Positions 20,459-29,663 of a stretch of 63,684 nt of DNA are shown here, in pieces. The translations under genes were made by a program, and so were the position numbers. This stretch comes from a virus (taxonomy: Duplodnaviria > Caudoviricetes), in the IMG/VR virus record IMGVR_UViG_3300038315_001014, positions 1 to 63,684 of that record. One strand, written 5' to 3'. The notes beneath the pieces are model-generated. The model had not been told where the DNA came from. It searched no databases and saw only the letters and a program-made list of their open reading frames with translations. How positions within the stretch are numbered: position 1 is the first letter of the stretch; every line of letters begins with the position of its first letter.

Positions 20459-22011
20459 CAGTAATACCCTTTTCCTCTATGTCCTTTAAAATAACGCACC
20501 TCATCTTGTTCGTCAGAGGGGAGTCGTATGAACCCACCCTGCCTAAATCTCATCAGCGCCATCACTGTGCTATCAACCAAGTCATCGTTCGACATGAACG
20601 GAAATCCTGCAATCTCTTCAATAACTTCCTCTGCCCAACGCTTCTGAGGCATCCAAACTAACCCCGACTTCACGATGTCAGCCACGGAATTTAGCCGCGC
20701 TGTCTTGTCTCCAGTGCCCCGGTGTGGAGTATACTCCGAAACAGGAATACCCATCCGACGAAGTTCTTGGTACAGGGCAATACCAGAACTCTTTTTCTCC
20801 ACTATCAACGAGTCTGGCTCCCAGAGATTGTACTGCTCCAGAGCCAGCACTTTCAACTCAGGAAACTCCAATCGCCGCTTGATGGAATTGAGCAAGATAA
20901 TATTATACGTCTCCTCCTCTGTATCGAAGAACACTCCCCAGGTAGTGAGCGCCGTAAAGTCAGCACGAGTCGTCCTCTCCGACGCTGTATCTAAGGACAT
21001 TATAATGTACTCACATTTAGGCGGCTCAGCTGCTTCCCATACTCTCCACCACTCTCGTTTCACAATTGCCGCTTCTTCTGCGGTAGGATTCTGCTGAAAT
21101 TGAGCATTCCACTGAAATAGTGGCATCGAAGCTTTAGTCTTGTGCAGCGCATCAAGATCAAAAAATTCCGGCCACAGCGCTTTTTCAACGCCTTCTATAT
21201 CCAATATCGCGGGAAACTCCACCACCTCATACTGATCTGCCTTCGGAGTCGCCATATCCTTCATCAACCGCCCAGTCAGATCGTCCATGTGCCAGCGAGT
21301 TTGCACGACCGCTATAGCTGCGTTGGGCATCAACCGGGTCCGTGCACCGAACGTGAACCATTGGTACGCCCGGTCAAAGACGGTGTAGTTGCCGTTAATT
21401 ATATCCTGCTCAGAATGAGGATCGTCAATAATAAGGAGGTGAGCACCGCGACCGGCCAACGCTGAACCGACGCCGCATGCGTAGTACTCCCCTCCGAAAT
21501 TCGTATTCCACCGACCAGCACTTTTGCTGTCGTATGCAAGGGTAACGTTCGGGAAAATAACCCTATACTCGTCAGAATTGATTAGGTTTCTTACTTTACG
21601 ACCAAAATCCACCGCCAAGTCCGTTGTATGGGACGCCATGATGACCTTTTTTGTGGGGTTCCTCCCCAGATACCACGCTGGGTAGAATATTGAGTCCATC
21701 TGACTCTTGCCGTGCCGTGGGGGGATATTTACGCATATTCTGTTCATCTCCCCCCGTTCTATCGCCATCAGCATGTCTGCAAGGATCTTATGGTGTTTAC
21801 CTACTATATAGTCCGACTGCATGCGCTGACAAAACACCAGGAAATCATTAGCAGCTGCTTCATTACGTGTCCGCGCATCAAGCTCGTCCACCATTCTATC
21901 TATCTCTGCTATCTCCTCCGGAGAATACTTATCCAAGTTATTCAGCATGAGCTGAAGCTCATCAGCGGTGAACACCTCCTCTCCTTGAGGCATAAGCGCA
22001 AGATCACCCAC
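20458..22011 (-). CDS. terL: Terminase large subunit
   Basis: Walker A PPRHGKS, Walker B LIIDDP, QTRWH, and nuclease motifs SLDTA and DDLVD. Confidence 0.95.
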   Translation of the reverse strand: MGDLALMPQGEEVFTADELQLMLNNLDKYSPEEIAEIDRMVDELDARTRNEAAANDFLVFCQRMQSDYIVGKHHKILADMLMAIERGEMNRICVNIPPRHGKSQMDSIFYPAWYLGRNPTKKVIMASHTTDLAVDFGRKVRNLINSDEYRVIFPNVTLAYDSKSAGRWNTNFGGEYYACGVGSALAGRGAHLLIIDDPHSEQDIINGNYTVFDRAYQWFTFGARTRLMPNAAIAVVQTRWHMDDLTGRLMKDMATPKADQYEVVEFPAILDIEGVEKALWPEFFDLDALHKTKASMPLFQWNAQFQQNPTAEEAAIVKREWWRVWEAAEPPKCEYIIMSLDTASERTTRADFTALTTWGVFFDTEEETYNIILLNSIKRRLEFPELKVLALEQYNLWEPDSLIVEKKSSGIALYQELRRMGIPVSEYTPHRGTGDKTARLNSVADIVKSGLVWMPQKRWAEEVIEEIAGFPFMSNDDLVDSTVMALMRFRQGGFIRLPSDEQDEVRYFKGHRGKGYY

Positions 22012-22687
22012 GATGCTTACCTTCTCTCTTCTCTACAGTGTCCATTACCTCATCGAAGCCACTGTCCTTCTCCTGCAGCGCAGCCATCATCTCATTGCCT
22101 GTAAGCCCTAACTCTGCATCTATGTTGATCTCCACCTGATCAATTATCACCGCATCCTCTGCATCCTCAACGCCCAGCAACTTATCCAGCTTCCCCCGCA
22201 GCTTTTTCCTAAGATCCGCTGTACTCTGGTGCGTAATTGTAACCTCCGACTTTTCAGCAAACAGCCCCACATCAGAAATCTTACCTAGCAGCTCCAACGC
22301 ACGTATACGTATGCGGGGATCAGGATTCTCCGACTCCAATAAAAGTTTGTTAGTAACTAGATAGCGTAGCTCGGCTGCACTCTCAGCCACTGAATGCCCA
22401 AACTCCTGTAGAATTGAATTCACCATGATCATGGTGCCATTAGATAGGGCCGCTACTCTCGTATTATTACACCGTTCTGACACTGTAGCGGGGTCTTGTG
22501 CGTAGGCAACTGCAAGCGCGGCTGCCAAATCCTTATCTTCCTTAGTGATCTCCTCCAGAGTCAGCCCCAGCTTTTGCAGCTTATCAAGTGTCTGGCAGAC
22601 CGTCGCCGCCCGCTCCTTCAGGTCAATATATGACTCTTTAAGAGGAAACGCTACGCCAATATCTGGCTCGATTACTATTTTAGGCAT
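22004..22687 (-). CDS. Probable terminase small subunit
   Basis: Immediately upstream of terL; RIRALELLGK..VGLF motif. Confidence 0.65.
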   Translation of the reverse strand: MPKIVIEPDIGVAFPLKESYIDLKERAATVCQTLDKLQKLGLTLEEITKEDKDLAAALAVAYAQDPATVSERCNNTRVAALSNGTMIMVNSILQEFGHSVAESAAELRYLVTNKLLLESENPDPRIRIRALELLGKISDVGLFAEKSEVTITHQSTADLRKKLRGKLDKLLGVEDAEDAVIIDQVEINIDAELGLTGNEMMAALQEKDSGFDEVMDTVEKREGKHRG

Positions 22688-22689
22688 CC

Positions 22690-22926
22690 TTACCCCATAA
22701 CTGCATGTTTTACGCTACGCCCCAGTGCTTGTATTTTTTTATCCATATCTTCTGGCTTATTCTTATCAACAAAGGCACCGATAGCGTATTTTGTACCATC
22801 TGGTTTTAGTGCATGTACTTCTACCATCGTATAGTCTTCAGAGAAGGTATACCCTTTTTCTGGGCTTACTTTACTGGGTAACGCTACTGCTGCACCAAAT
22901 AAGAAAGTGCGTCTTTTCATCTCCAT
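22690..22926 (-). CDS. Hypothetical protein
   Basis: AGGAG RBS; RRTFL N-terminus resembles a Tat motif but the h-region is short. Confidence 0.5.
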   Translation of the reverse strand: MEMKRRTFLFGAAVALPSKVSPEKGYTFSEDYTMVEVHALKPDGTKYAIGAFVDKNKPEDMDKKIQALGRSVKHAVMG

Positions 22927-23069
22927 CTCCTAAAAAGAGGGGACTACATAGGCGCAGCCCCCTAAATTACTCAGTCAGGAGGTGACTGAGCGTACTTTCT
23001 TCACCCCACCTCACATTTTTACACACTTTTCCTTTTTTTGTTATACTTATCAGGTATCAACCCCACTAC

Positions 23070-23489
23070 ATGCTCAACGCTTCATACCCTATGAAACTCA
23101 TAAGGTTCGCCTATTTCACTGATCGAACGCTGGGACAACTTCATCACCAAGACAAAACGTGGTGGACTATTGAACGTCCTTGGCTCGATAACCAGCCAAA
23201 TGTCTCCTGTATCCCAACAGGCACTTACCCGCTGGAAAGAGTTGATTCCCCCCGCTTTGGCCCAAGGATGTGGCAGATTAGTAGAGTTCCTGATCGTACT
23301 CATATTCTTATCCACGTTGCTAACACTGCTGATAACGTTATGGGCTGTGTGGGTCTTGGAACGGGTCTTTATGGGGATCTGGCAGGTGTTGCAAGTAGCC
23401 GGAACGCGATTACTGCGTTTTATGATCTCACTTCTAAAAGCGAAAACTACTCGATAATAGTCATAGATGGCGTAATAAAAGAAGAGTAG
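23070..23489 (+). CDS. DUF5675-like protein (candidate endolysin)
   Basis: TIERPWLDN..SCIP.GTY and ILIH.AN......GC..LG motifs. Confidence 0.75.
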   Translation: MLNASYPMKLIRFAYFTDRTLGQLHHQDKTWWTIERPWLDNQPNVSCIPTGTYPLERVDSPRFGPRMWQISRVPDRTHILIHVANTADNVMGCVGLGTGLYGDLAGVASSRNAITAFYDLTSKSENYSIIVIDGVIKEE

Positions 23490-23904
23490 CCCTCCGACCG
23501 CGTTTCCTAAATATAATAAAAAATTTTTTGGTGTGTCCCTTTCTTTATGTGTTTTTTCTGCTCTGTAGCCCTTTGTTTATGTGGGCTGCAGGATTATCCA
23601 GTTTTTACGCAAAAATTTTGGTGAAACGGAATTTTGAAAAATTAGTGATTATTTGTCCAGAACAGAGTTCTGTGTGTTCTAGTGGAGTCCCTCTTTTATT
23701 TTGGGGGTCCGGGATAGGGTGGGTCGCTAATTCTCCCAAAACATGCCCTGCCGTGCGCCATAGTTTTATCTCATGAGATAAACTGCTTTCCAATCTATTC
23801 CGGCTCACTATGTTACATATAATAACGTCCTATGGTTTAATGTGCTTACTCAATCGGGTGATTGAGTAGAAGTAACTACCTTAAACCATTGCGGAGTAAA
23901 TCCA

Positions 23905-24822
23905 ATGAAGAGAGGAGAACGAAAACTAACGTTTGTCGACGTTCCCGGCGTTAAACAGGTTCTGACAGTTCAAGCGATTGAAGTAGCTGAACCTATAGCG
24001 CTAAGCTTAACCGTTGATGACATTATGTATCTCGACGATGTAAAGACTGCATTAAAGGGCAGCAACGAATTGCCCTCTTTTTGCAGCGACACCAACGGCG
24101 AAGCGATTGTGGGCCAGCTAGTTGACTGGCAAGTTAGCGCCACTCACACTAGCGCGCACGCCAGTAGACTAAACGATCTTCTTGCAGTTGAGATATTGGA
24201 GGGACGTTTGGATATGCGCATTCTTTGTGGCGTTAAGGTTGCCAGAGCGAATAATCTGGCCGTCAGCTATAACGCCTTTCGCGCTATGTATGGAATGACC
24301 ATGGAACCGGCATTAGCTGCTATGAGTATGATTTCATGCAGCGAAGCCGATGACATTGGCAAGGCAGAGGGGGCATTGTGGCGCAAGATGAATAAGCGCA
24401 CTAACTCATTCATCCATAACACGCGCCGATCAGCTTGTTCCCGCTGGAACCTCGACCCGGAGACACTCGCACCGATTGTCGAAGTACCGGAACCCTCTGG
24501 CGAATCGGATCCCCCCGGCGAATCGGATCCCCCCGGCGATCCCAAAGGCGCAACATTGCCCGATGGGTCCGATGTTTCACCGGAGGAGACTCAAGTTCCC
24601 GTTACGCCTGAGGTAAGGTTCTTGAATGCCTGCGTCAATTTGAAGGAGATCTTTAGTTTAATCACTTTAGAGAACGGTACAGGTATTGACTTAGTAGGAT
24701 GGTGGGACGACGCATTCCCCAAGCTAGTCGCTAATGCAGAAGATCTTGTTAAGCGGCAAGACGCAGCGCGCAAGGCGCGTGCTTTGGACGCAGTGTATGA
24801 TGACTCCCTTAAACTCACCTAG
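23905..24822 (+). CDS. Hypothetical early protein
   Basis: 305-aa ORF with GGAG RBS and an 18-bp tandem repeat (GESDPP) at about 24499-24540. Confidence 0.7.
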   Translation: MKRGERKLTFVDVPGVKQVLTVQAIEVAEPIALSLTVDDIMYLDDVKTALKGSNELPSFCSDTNGEAIVGQLVDWQVSATHTSAHASRLNDLLAVEILEGRLDMRILCGVKVARANNLAVSYNAFRAMYGMTMEPALAAMSMISCSEADDIGKAEGALWRKMNKRTNSFIHNTRRSACSRWNLDPETLAPIVEVPEPSGESDPPGESDPPGDPKGATLPDGSDVSPEETQVPVTPEVRFLNACVNLKEIFSLITLENGTGIDLVGWWDDAFPKLVANAEDLVKRQDAARKARALDAVYDDSLKLT

Positions 24823-24882
24823 TATTTAAACTCACTTTGGGGCCGGCTTACATAGCGGCCCCGCTATTTTGGAGTACAACTT

Positions 24883-25089
24883 ATGCAGATCAAAATACAT
24901 GGAAACAAACAGGATGGATATTCTATAAACATCATCCAACATGGCAAAGTAATTGCCTCCGCGACTGAGAGCAATAAGCGTCGAGCCTATCGCCATGCTT
25001 ATGGCATGGTCTGGCAATTGCAGCATGATACACCGATGCGCCAAGTCGGTGCTATTGAATGGTCGCGCTATACCATCAAGGAAAACTAG
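24883..25089 (+). CDS. Hypothetical protein
   Basis: GGAG RBS; followed by a terminator. Confidence 0.55.
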   Translation: MQIKIHGNKQDGYSINIIQHGKVIASATESNKRRAYRHAYGMVWQLQHDTPMRQVGAIEWSRYTIKEN

Positions 25090-25114
25090 CAGCATTTAAA
25101 CTCACCTAGTATCC

Positions 25115-25148
25115 GCCTCGGCTATTTATTTAGTCGAGGCTTTTTTTT
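25115..25148 (+). terminator. Rho-independent terminator
   Basis: GCCTCGGCTA/TAGTCGAGGC stem followed by T8. Confidence 0.85.
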
Positions 25149-25213
25149 GTCTGCAATTTATCTCCTGAGATAAATTTATCACGCAGTTACTTAGTATCTT
25201 TGGGTAGGCTCTT

Positions 25214-25345
25214 GATACCAGTTCCTTATGAAGCGTTGAGTGTATGGTGCCCTCGATACCAGTTCCTTATGAAGCGTTGAGTGTATGGTGCCCTCGATAC
25301 CAGTTCCTTATGAAGCGTTGAGTGTATGGTGCCCTCGATACCAGT
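25214..25345. repeat. 41-bp perfect tandem repeat x3 plus a partial copy
   Basis: GATACCAGTTCCTTATGAAGCGTTGAGTGTATGGTGCCCTC at 25214, 25255 and 25296; GATACCAGT at 25337. Confidence 0.95.
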
Positions 25346-25424
25346 GTTGAGGATGTAAAGACATGACGTGTAAGGCTTTTCCAATGCAGAGCATAGCTCT
25401 GTCATGTTTATCTCATGAGATATG

Positions 25425-25616
25425 TCACGTATCCTCATCAAGCTCCGATGCAACTACATAATCCGCAATCAGTTCCCGAATCACATCAGCGCGGCTGCGT
25501 TGCATATCCGCACATAAAATATCAAAAGAAACTGCAAGGTACTCAGGAACCTGCACTATCCATTGCTTGATGGCCCGACCACTAATAGGATGTGTATCGT
25601 TTGGCTTGCGGCGCAT
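25425..25616 (-). CDS. Ribbon-helix-helix (CopG-like) regulator
   Basis: IVQVPE (beta), LAVSFDILCADM (helix), SRADVIRELIADYV (helix); AGGAG RBS. Confidence 0.7.
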   Translation of the reverse strand: MRRKPNDTHPISGRAIKQWIVQVPEYLAVSFDILCADMQRSRADVIRELIADYVVASELDEDT

Positions 25617-25680
25617 ATCTGCTCTCCTATACGTATCTATATATATTAAACTTAAGGCACCTGTTTAACAAGCCATTTTT

Positions 25681-26113
25681 TAATGTTCCGGCTACAGCCC
25701 GCATGGATACTGGGTTTAGCTTCCTAATGTTCCTAATGTTCCTGTAATGTTCCGTTTTATTCTGAAGAAAGGTACAATCTTGTTTTATGCTCTGCGGTGC
25801 TCTGCGGTGTACAGAGATAGCAGGAATTAGGGCAAAAACCCTCTAATAATAATAATAAATGATAATGTTCCTTAATACCCCACAATTGAGAAGCGACATT
25901 TTTGCCTGCCTTCTCCCTCCCACATCTTGTGTAAACGCATATATGGTGTGTACGTAGAAATTTTCGTTCAATATATAGCTTTGGAACATTACTGCAAAAT
26001 CAAGGGCTTAAAATATAGGGTACGGTACATTACCTACAAGCCCCTGTTTATGCGACCTCGTTGTCAAGTCGTTAGGTACGAAAACGGAACATTAGGGTAC
26101 AAATGGAACATTA
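25681..26113. repeat. Iteron-like 9-mers TAATGTTCC (5 forward, 3 reverse); candidate origin or packaging region
   Basis: Forward at 25681, 25725, 25734, 25745 and 25863; reverse at 25983, 26086 and 26105; AT-rich TAA tract at about 25845-25862. Confidence 0.7.
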
Positions 26114-26287
26114 CCCTATTAGATCATCCCCGTTCGTATCCTCTCTCGTCCTCCCATGCAATATCTAACACTTTCCCAACGATTATTTTTCGTGACCACC
26201 CCCATTTTTTCGCTCTTTTACAGAGGGGCGCACACGTGCCCAACTAAACAGCAAGCCGCGTAACACAACAATATGAAAGGACACGAT

Positions 26288-26317
26288 TTGACACAGCAGT
26301 ATAACTTATGATATAAT
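26288..26317 (+). promoter_or_regulatory. Consensus sigma70 promoter for the early operon
   Basis: TTGACA-18 bp-TATAAT. Confidence 0.8.
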
Positions 26318-26349
26318 ATGTTCTTGTGAGTGAGAAAGTTCGCTCGCAT

Positions 26350-26399
26350 GTTGGCTGCACGTTTTTGCAGACAGCAACGTTGGCTGCACGTTTTTGCAG
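26350..26399 (+). repeat. 21-bp direct repeat x2 in the early leader
   Basis: GTTGGCTGCACGTTTTTGCAG at 26350 and 26379; each contains a CTGCA/TGCAG hairpin. Confidence 0.9.
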
Positions 26400-26448
26400 T
26401 TACAAGCACTTAAATTTATCTCATGAGATAAATACAGGAGAACTACCT

Positions 26449-26706
26449 ATGACTAATCGCAATAGTCGAAGTATCGCTGCTAGTAAGCAGTATCAACAAA
26501 ATCTCGCTCAAGCATGTGCCTCAATGGACAGGCTGGTGCTGGATGACAACGAATTTACACAGGAGGACGCTGAAGAAGCTAAAGCGTGTATCAGGAGCAT
26601 GAGTGCAACGGAGATTGCAACGGAAGGCATGGTGAGTCGCGAGTACGCAGATACGATGGGCCATCGTTGGAGCGCAGCAACCTGCACATGGAGGCCGCGC
26701 CGATGA
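26449..26706 (+). CDS. Hypothetical early protein (start MTNRNS)
   Basis: CAGGAG RBS directly after a palindrome. Confidence 0.6.
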   Translation: MTNRNSRSIAASKQYQQNLAQACASMDRLVLDDNEFTQEDAEEAKACIRSMSATEIATEGMVSREYADTMGHRWSAATCTWRPRR

Positions 26707-26966
26707 GAGATAGCTTAGCCCTACCTATACAACAGCTGCCGTTGATTACGCACTTGGGGTATGAGCGCGTAGTTGAGGTCAAAGATATGGCGTTCCGCAT
26801 AAAGTTCGTCATGCGCAGGGATAGAGTTGACTACCTCCCTGCTAATATCCGACACACTATTGCAACCACGTATGGTGTGCTGATGAATAAACAATTTCAC
26901 CGGGCGTTCGACGCTGCGGTAGCGCAGCATTTATCTCATGAGATAACCAAAACAGGAGAAGCATAA
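26703..26966 (+). CDS. Hypothetical early protein (start MRDSL)
   Basis: ATGA overlap with the previous gene. Confidence 0.55.
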   Translation: MRDSLALPIQQLPLITHLGYERVVEVKDMAFRIKFVMRRDRVDYLPANIRHTIATTYGVLMNKQFHRAFDAAVAQHLSHEITKTGEA

Positions 26967-27400
26967 TGGGGCAAAAAGAACGTGACGAGAACATGAGTGC
27001 AACGGAGAAGAAGCAACTACGCAAGCTGGTGCTTGCACAAGCGAAGGAGATAGCCGACCTCAAGCAGTATCTGCCTAAGTTATCTCATGAGATAAATCTC
27101 ATGAGGTATGAGATTTATGAGATGCAGGAAGTTAGATTGTACAAGCTCAATAAAGGTGATGAGTTCTTTCATCATGGTCATTGGTATACAGTTCACCATC
27201 ATGACGGACGAGTAACCCATACACGAACTAAGGTAGGTCGTGAGAAGTATCATTCAGTTTCCACACTCGTGAAGATTCGATGTTACAGGCGCGGCCTCCA
27301 GGAGCAATTTCGGGTATATCAAGGCGATGGCATAAAGTGGGAGATTGGTGAAGATGATGGGCAAGAGTGGGTAGAAGAAGCACACCAAAGATGGGACTAG
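26966..27400 (+). CDS. Hypothetical early protein (N-terminus shared with 27443..27793)
   Basis: CAGGAG RBS; duplicated 5' segment. Confidence 0.6.
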   Translation: MGQKERDENMSATEKKQLRKLVLAQAKEIADLKQYLPKLSHEINLMRYEIYEMQEVRLYKLNKGDEFFHHGHWYTVHHHDGRVTHTRTKVGREKYHSVSTLVKIRCYRRGLQEQFRVYQGDGIKWEIGEDDGQEWVEEAHQRWD

Positions 27401-27442
27401 GTCGTGTATACAAACGCTGGCACGCCAGCAAGGAGAAGCATA

Positions 27443-27793
27443 ATGAGGCAAAAAGAACGTGACGAGAACATGAGTGCAACGGAGCTATACAAACGCTGGC
27501 ACGCCAGCAAGGAGAAGATGACTATGAGTAAGTTCAGTAACCTGGACATTGTGTTTAGAAAACTCAAGAAGAAGCAACTACGCAAGCTGGTGCTTGCACA
27601 AGCGGAGGAGATAGCCGACCTCAAGCAGTATCTGCCTAAGTTATCTCATGAGATAAATCTCATGAGAGATGAGATTTATGATTGGAATGAGCGGCTCGAC
27701 CGCCGCATCACTGAAGCAATTCAGGAAGTAACTGACGATTGTGAATTCCTTGCACGGCAGAAACAACAGGAGTTTCATGATGAGTTGGTTTGA
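27443..27793 (+). CDS. Hypothetical early protein
   Basis: AGGAG RBS; duplicated 5' segment. Confidence 0.6.
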   Translation: MRQKERDENMSATELYKRWHASKEKMTMSKFSNLDIVFRKLKKKQLRKLVLAQAEEIADLKQYLPKLSHEINLMRDEIYDWNERLDRRITEAIQEVTDDCEFLARQKQQEFHDELV

Positions 27794-27965
27794 TGAGATG
27801 ACTCAAGCACAGCAAGATAAATTCACAGAAACAGAGGAGGAAGTATTATCAGCGTTCCTTGCAGCATTAGAGGAAGCGGGAAAGAAAGAGCGAGAGGAGC
27901 ATCCCTGCGAAGTAACGTGGCAAGCGTACGTTGCGTTTGAAAGACTGCGAGGAGGTGAAAAATGA
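27780..27965 (+). CDS. Small acidic hypothetical protein
   Basis: CAGGAG RBS before MMSWF. Confidence 0.5.
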   Translation: MSWFDEMTQAQQDKFTETEEEVLSAFLAALEEAGKKEREEHPCEVTWQAYVAFERLRGGEK

Positions 27966-28063
27966 GGCGAGGAGGAAGAGCGGAGTTTGTTCATTAACGT
28001 TCTCCTGTAAGAACTGGTATCACTGGTATCAAATTTATCTCATGAGATAAAGGAGGGGTAAGA

Positions 28064-28387
28064 ATGGCAACAATATTAGAAGAACTGCAAGACCGACTGG
28101 ACTCTCTCGCAGAGAGAAAACTTGCAATCGACAATGAGGAAACAGAGTTGAGCGAGATTATTAGTAAGGCGCTCGTTGGTGAAGTTGATAAAGATGCTAT
28201 GCCATCAGTAGAGGCTTTGAGCTTACAAGCTAAAAACAACCAGATGGAGGCAATTAAAGCGTTACGTGCAGCCACAGGATGGGGGCTACGCGAGAGTAAG
28301 TTTATGATTGATTGCATTGTGGAGTTTTGGCCGAGGCGTTCTTATTTCAGGAGGAATGATAATGAAACTATGGGGCGTAAGCAGTGA
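28064..28387 (+). CDS. Protein with a ribosomal L7/L12 C-terminal-like domain
   Basis: MEAIKALRAATGWGLRESKFMID resembles the L7/L12 KIAVIKAVR..TGLGLKEAKDLVE motif. Confidence 0.7.
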   Translation: MATILEELQDRLDSLAERKLAIDNEETELSEIISKALVGEVDKDAMPSVEALSLQAKNNQMEAIKALRAATGWGLRESKFMIDCIVEFWPRRSYFRRNDNETMGRKQ

Positions 28388-28889
28388 AGCGTTAGTACGC
28401 GTAGTAAAGGAAGTATCTAAGAAGAAATATAAAGGGAATCTTGTACTCCGCGGGCCAGAACAACAAGGGAAGACTGCGATACTGCATGACACCATTGAAG
28501 ATTGTGAAACATCTGTTGAGGAATTAACAGCTGCGATAACCTTCACTCTCCGTGTAATAGATAGTCGTGGTATTGGAGCACATATCGCTGCATCGGGGCG
28601 AAGAAGTACGAGTCTATGCTGGCATGGGCATAGGGATGTAATGTGGGAACTGTTTCATAGGTTCCCTGAAGCGCGGTTAAAATCGCGGGATGCTGACTAT
28701 CATGGAGTAGCTGAATTTCTTTTAACATATGAAGAAACGGGAGAAGAAGCAATAGCACTTAATATTTACAATAAAATTGGTTGTCGTAAAGAGCAATGCA
28801 AATGTAATGATTTATCTCATGAGATAAAACAGGAGGATAACGGGCCTATAAAGATAAAGTGGAGGGAGACAGGAGGAAAATATGAGTGA
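28356..28889 (+). CDS. Hypothetical protein with a 19-codon insert copied from the HD gene
   Basis: AGGAGG RBS; CWHGH motif. Confidence 0.6.
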   Translation: MIMKLWGVSSEALVRVVKEVSKKKYKGNLVLRGPEQQGKTAILHDTIEDCETSVEELTAAITFTLRVIDSRGIGAHIAASGRRSTSLCWHGHRDVMWELFHRFPEARLKSRDADYHGVAEFLLTYEETGEEAIALNIYNKIGCRKEQCKCNDLSHEIKQEDNGPIKIKWRETGGKYE

Positions 28890-29475
28890 ACATGGCATTG
28901 AACATAAACGTAGTCAGAAGTTAATAGACCATGCCTACGCAGTTGCGAAGAAGGCACACGAAGGGCAGGAGAGAAAATATACAGGTGAACCCTATATCAC
29001 ACACCCAGTAGCCGTAGCTAACATCTGTGCTATGGTGACAGATGATGTGGATATTATCTGCGGTGCATTACTGCATGACACCATTGAAGATTGTGAAACA
29101 TCTGTTGAGGAATTAACAGCTGCGGGGTTAGGTTGGGGCATCATTGATGTAGTAGTAGGGATGACCGATATATCTAAACCAGAGGATGGCAATCGTGCTA
29201 CACGTAAGGCTAAGGATCGTGAATTCCTTGCACGGCAGAGACAACAAGTACACACGGTGAAGTTAGCCGATGTTTTGCACAACGGTAAGGATATTTCAGA
29301 GAACGATCCGAGGTTCGCGAAGGTCTACATGCGGGAGATATCTTTGCTTGTGCCATTCCTTAGTAAAGGGAACATCATACTACATGAAGCCGCAGTCCAT
29401 ATGCTGGAGGAGTATTGGAGCGGTGAACACAGAAACTTTCAACGTAAGTTAGATTTTTTAGAGCCAAAAAATTAA
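28882..29475 (+). CDS. HD-domain phosphohydrolase (RelA/SpoT-type small alarmone hydrolase-like)
   Basis: AH.GQ.RK..GEPYITHP, ALLHDTIED and VKLAD..HN. Confidence 0.85.
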   Translation: MSEHGIEHKRSQKLIDHAYAVAKKAHEGQERKYTGEPYITHPVAVANICAMVTDDVDIICGALLHDTIEDCETSVEELTAAGLGWGIIDVVVGMTDISKPEDGNRATRKAKDREFLARQRQQVHTVKLADVLHNGKDISENDPRFAKVYMREISLLVPFLSKGNIILHEAAVHMLEEYWSGEHRNFQRKLDFLEPKN

Positions 29476-29495
29476 GTAAAACAGGAGGACGAAGG

Positions 29496-29663
29496 ATGAC
29501 AATGCGAGAGTACATTAAGAAGCATAAGGATGAAATAGATCGCTACATAAGGAATGTGTTAGACATGCCCGACTTCAAGATCAACAATGAAGAGCGGGAA
29601 ATTTGGGTCCGAAATGACCTAGCACTGTATGAAGATGCAAAAACAGAAGGAGTAAAAGTATGA
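29496..29663 (+). CDS. Small hypothetical protein (55 aa)
   Basis: Manual translation MTMREYIKKH...IWVRND; AGGAGG RBS; ATGA overlap. Confidence 0.6.
   Translation: MTMREYIKKHKDEIDRYIRNVLDMPDFKINNEEREIWVRNDLALYEDAKTEGVKV

Noticed and set aside
25214-25345. 41-bp repeats as a CRISPR array
   Set aside because: The copies are contiguous and identical, with no unique spacers.
25927-26247. 106-aa ORF in the iteron region
   Set aside because: It has a non-ATG start, no RBS, atypical composition and overlaps the repeats.
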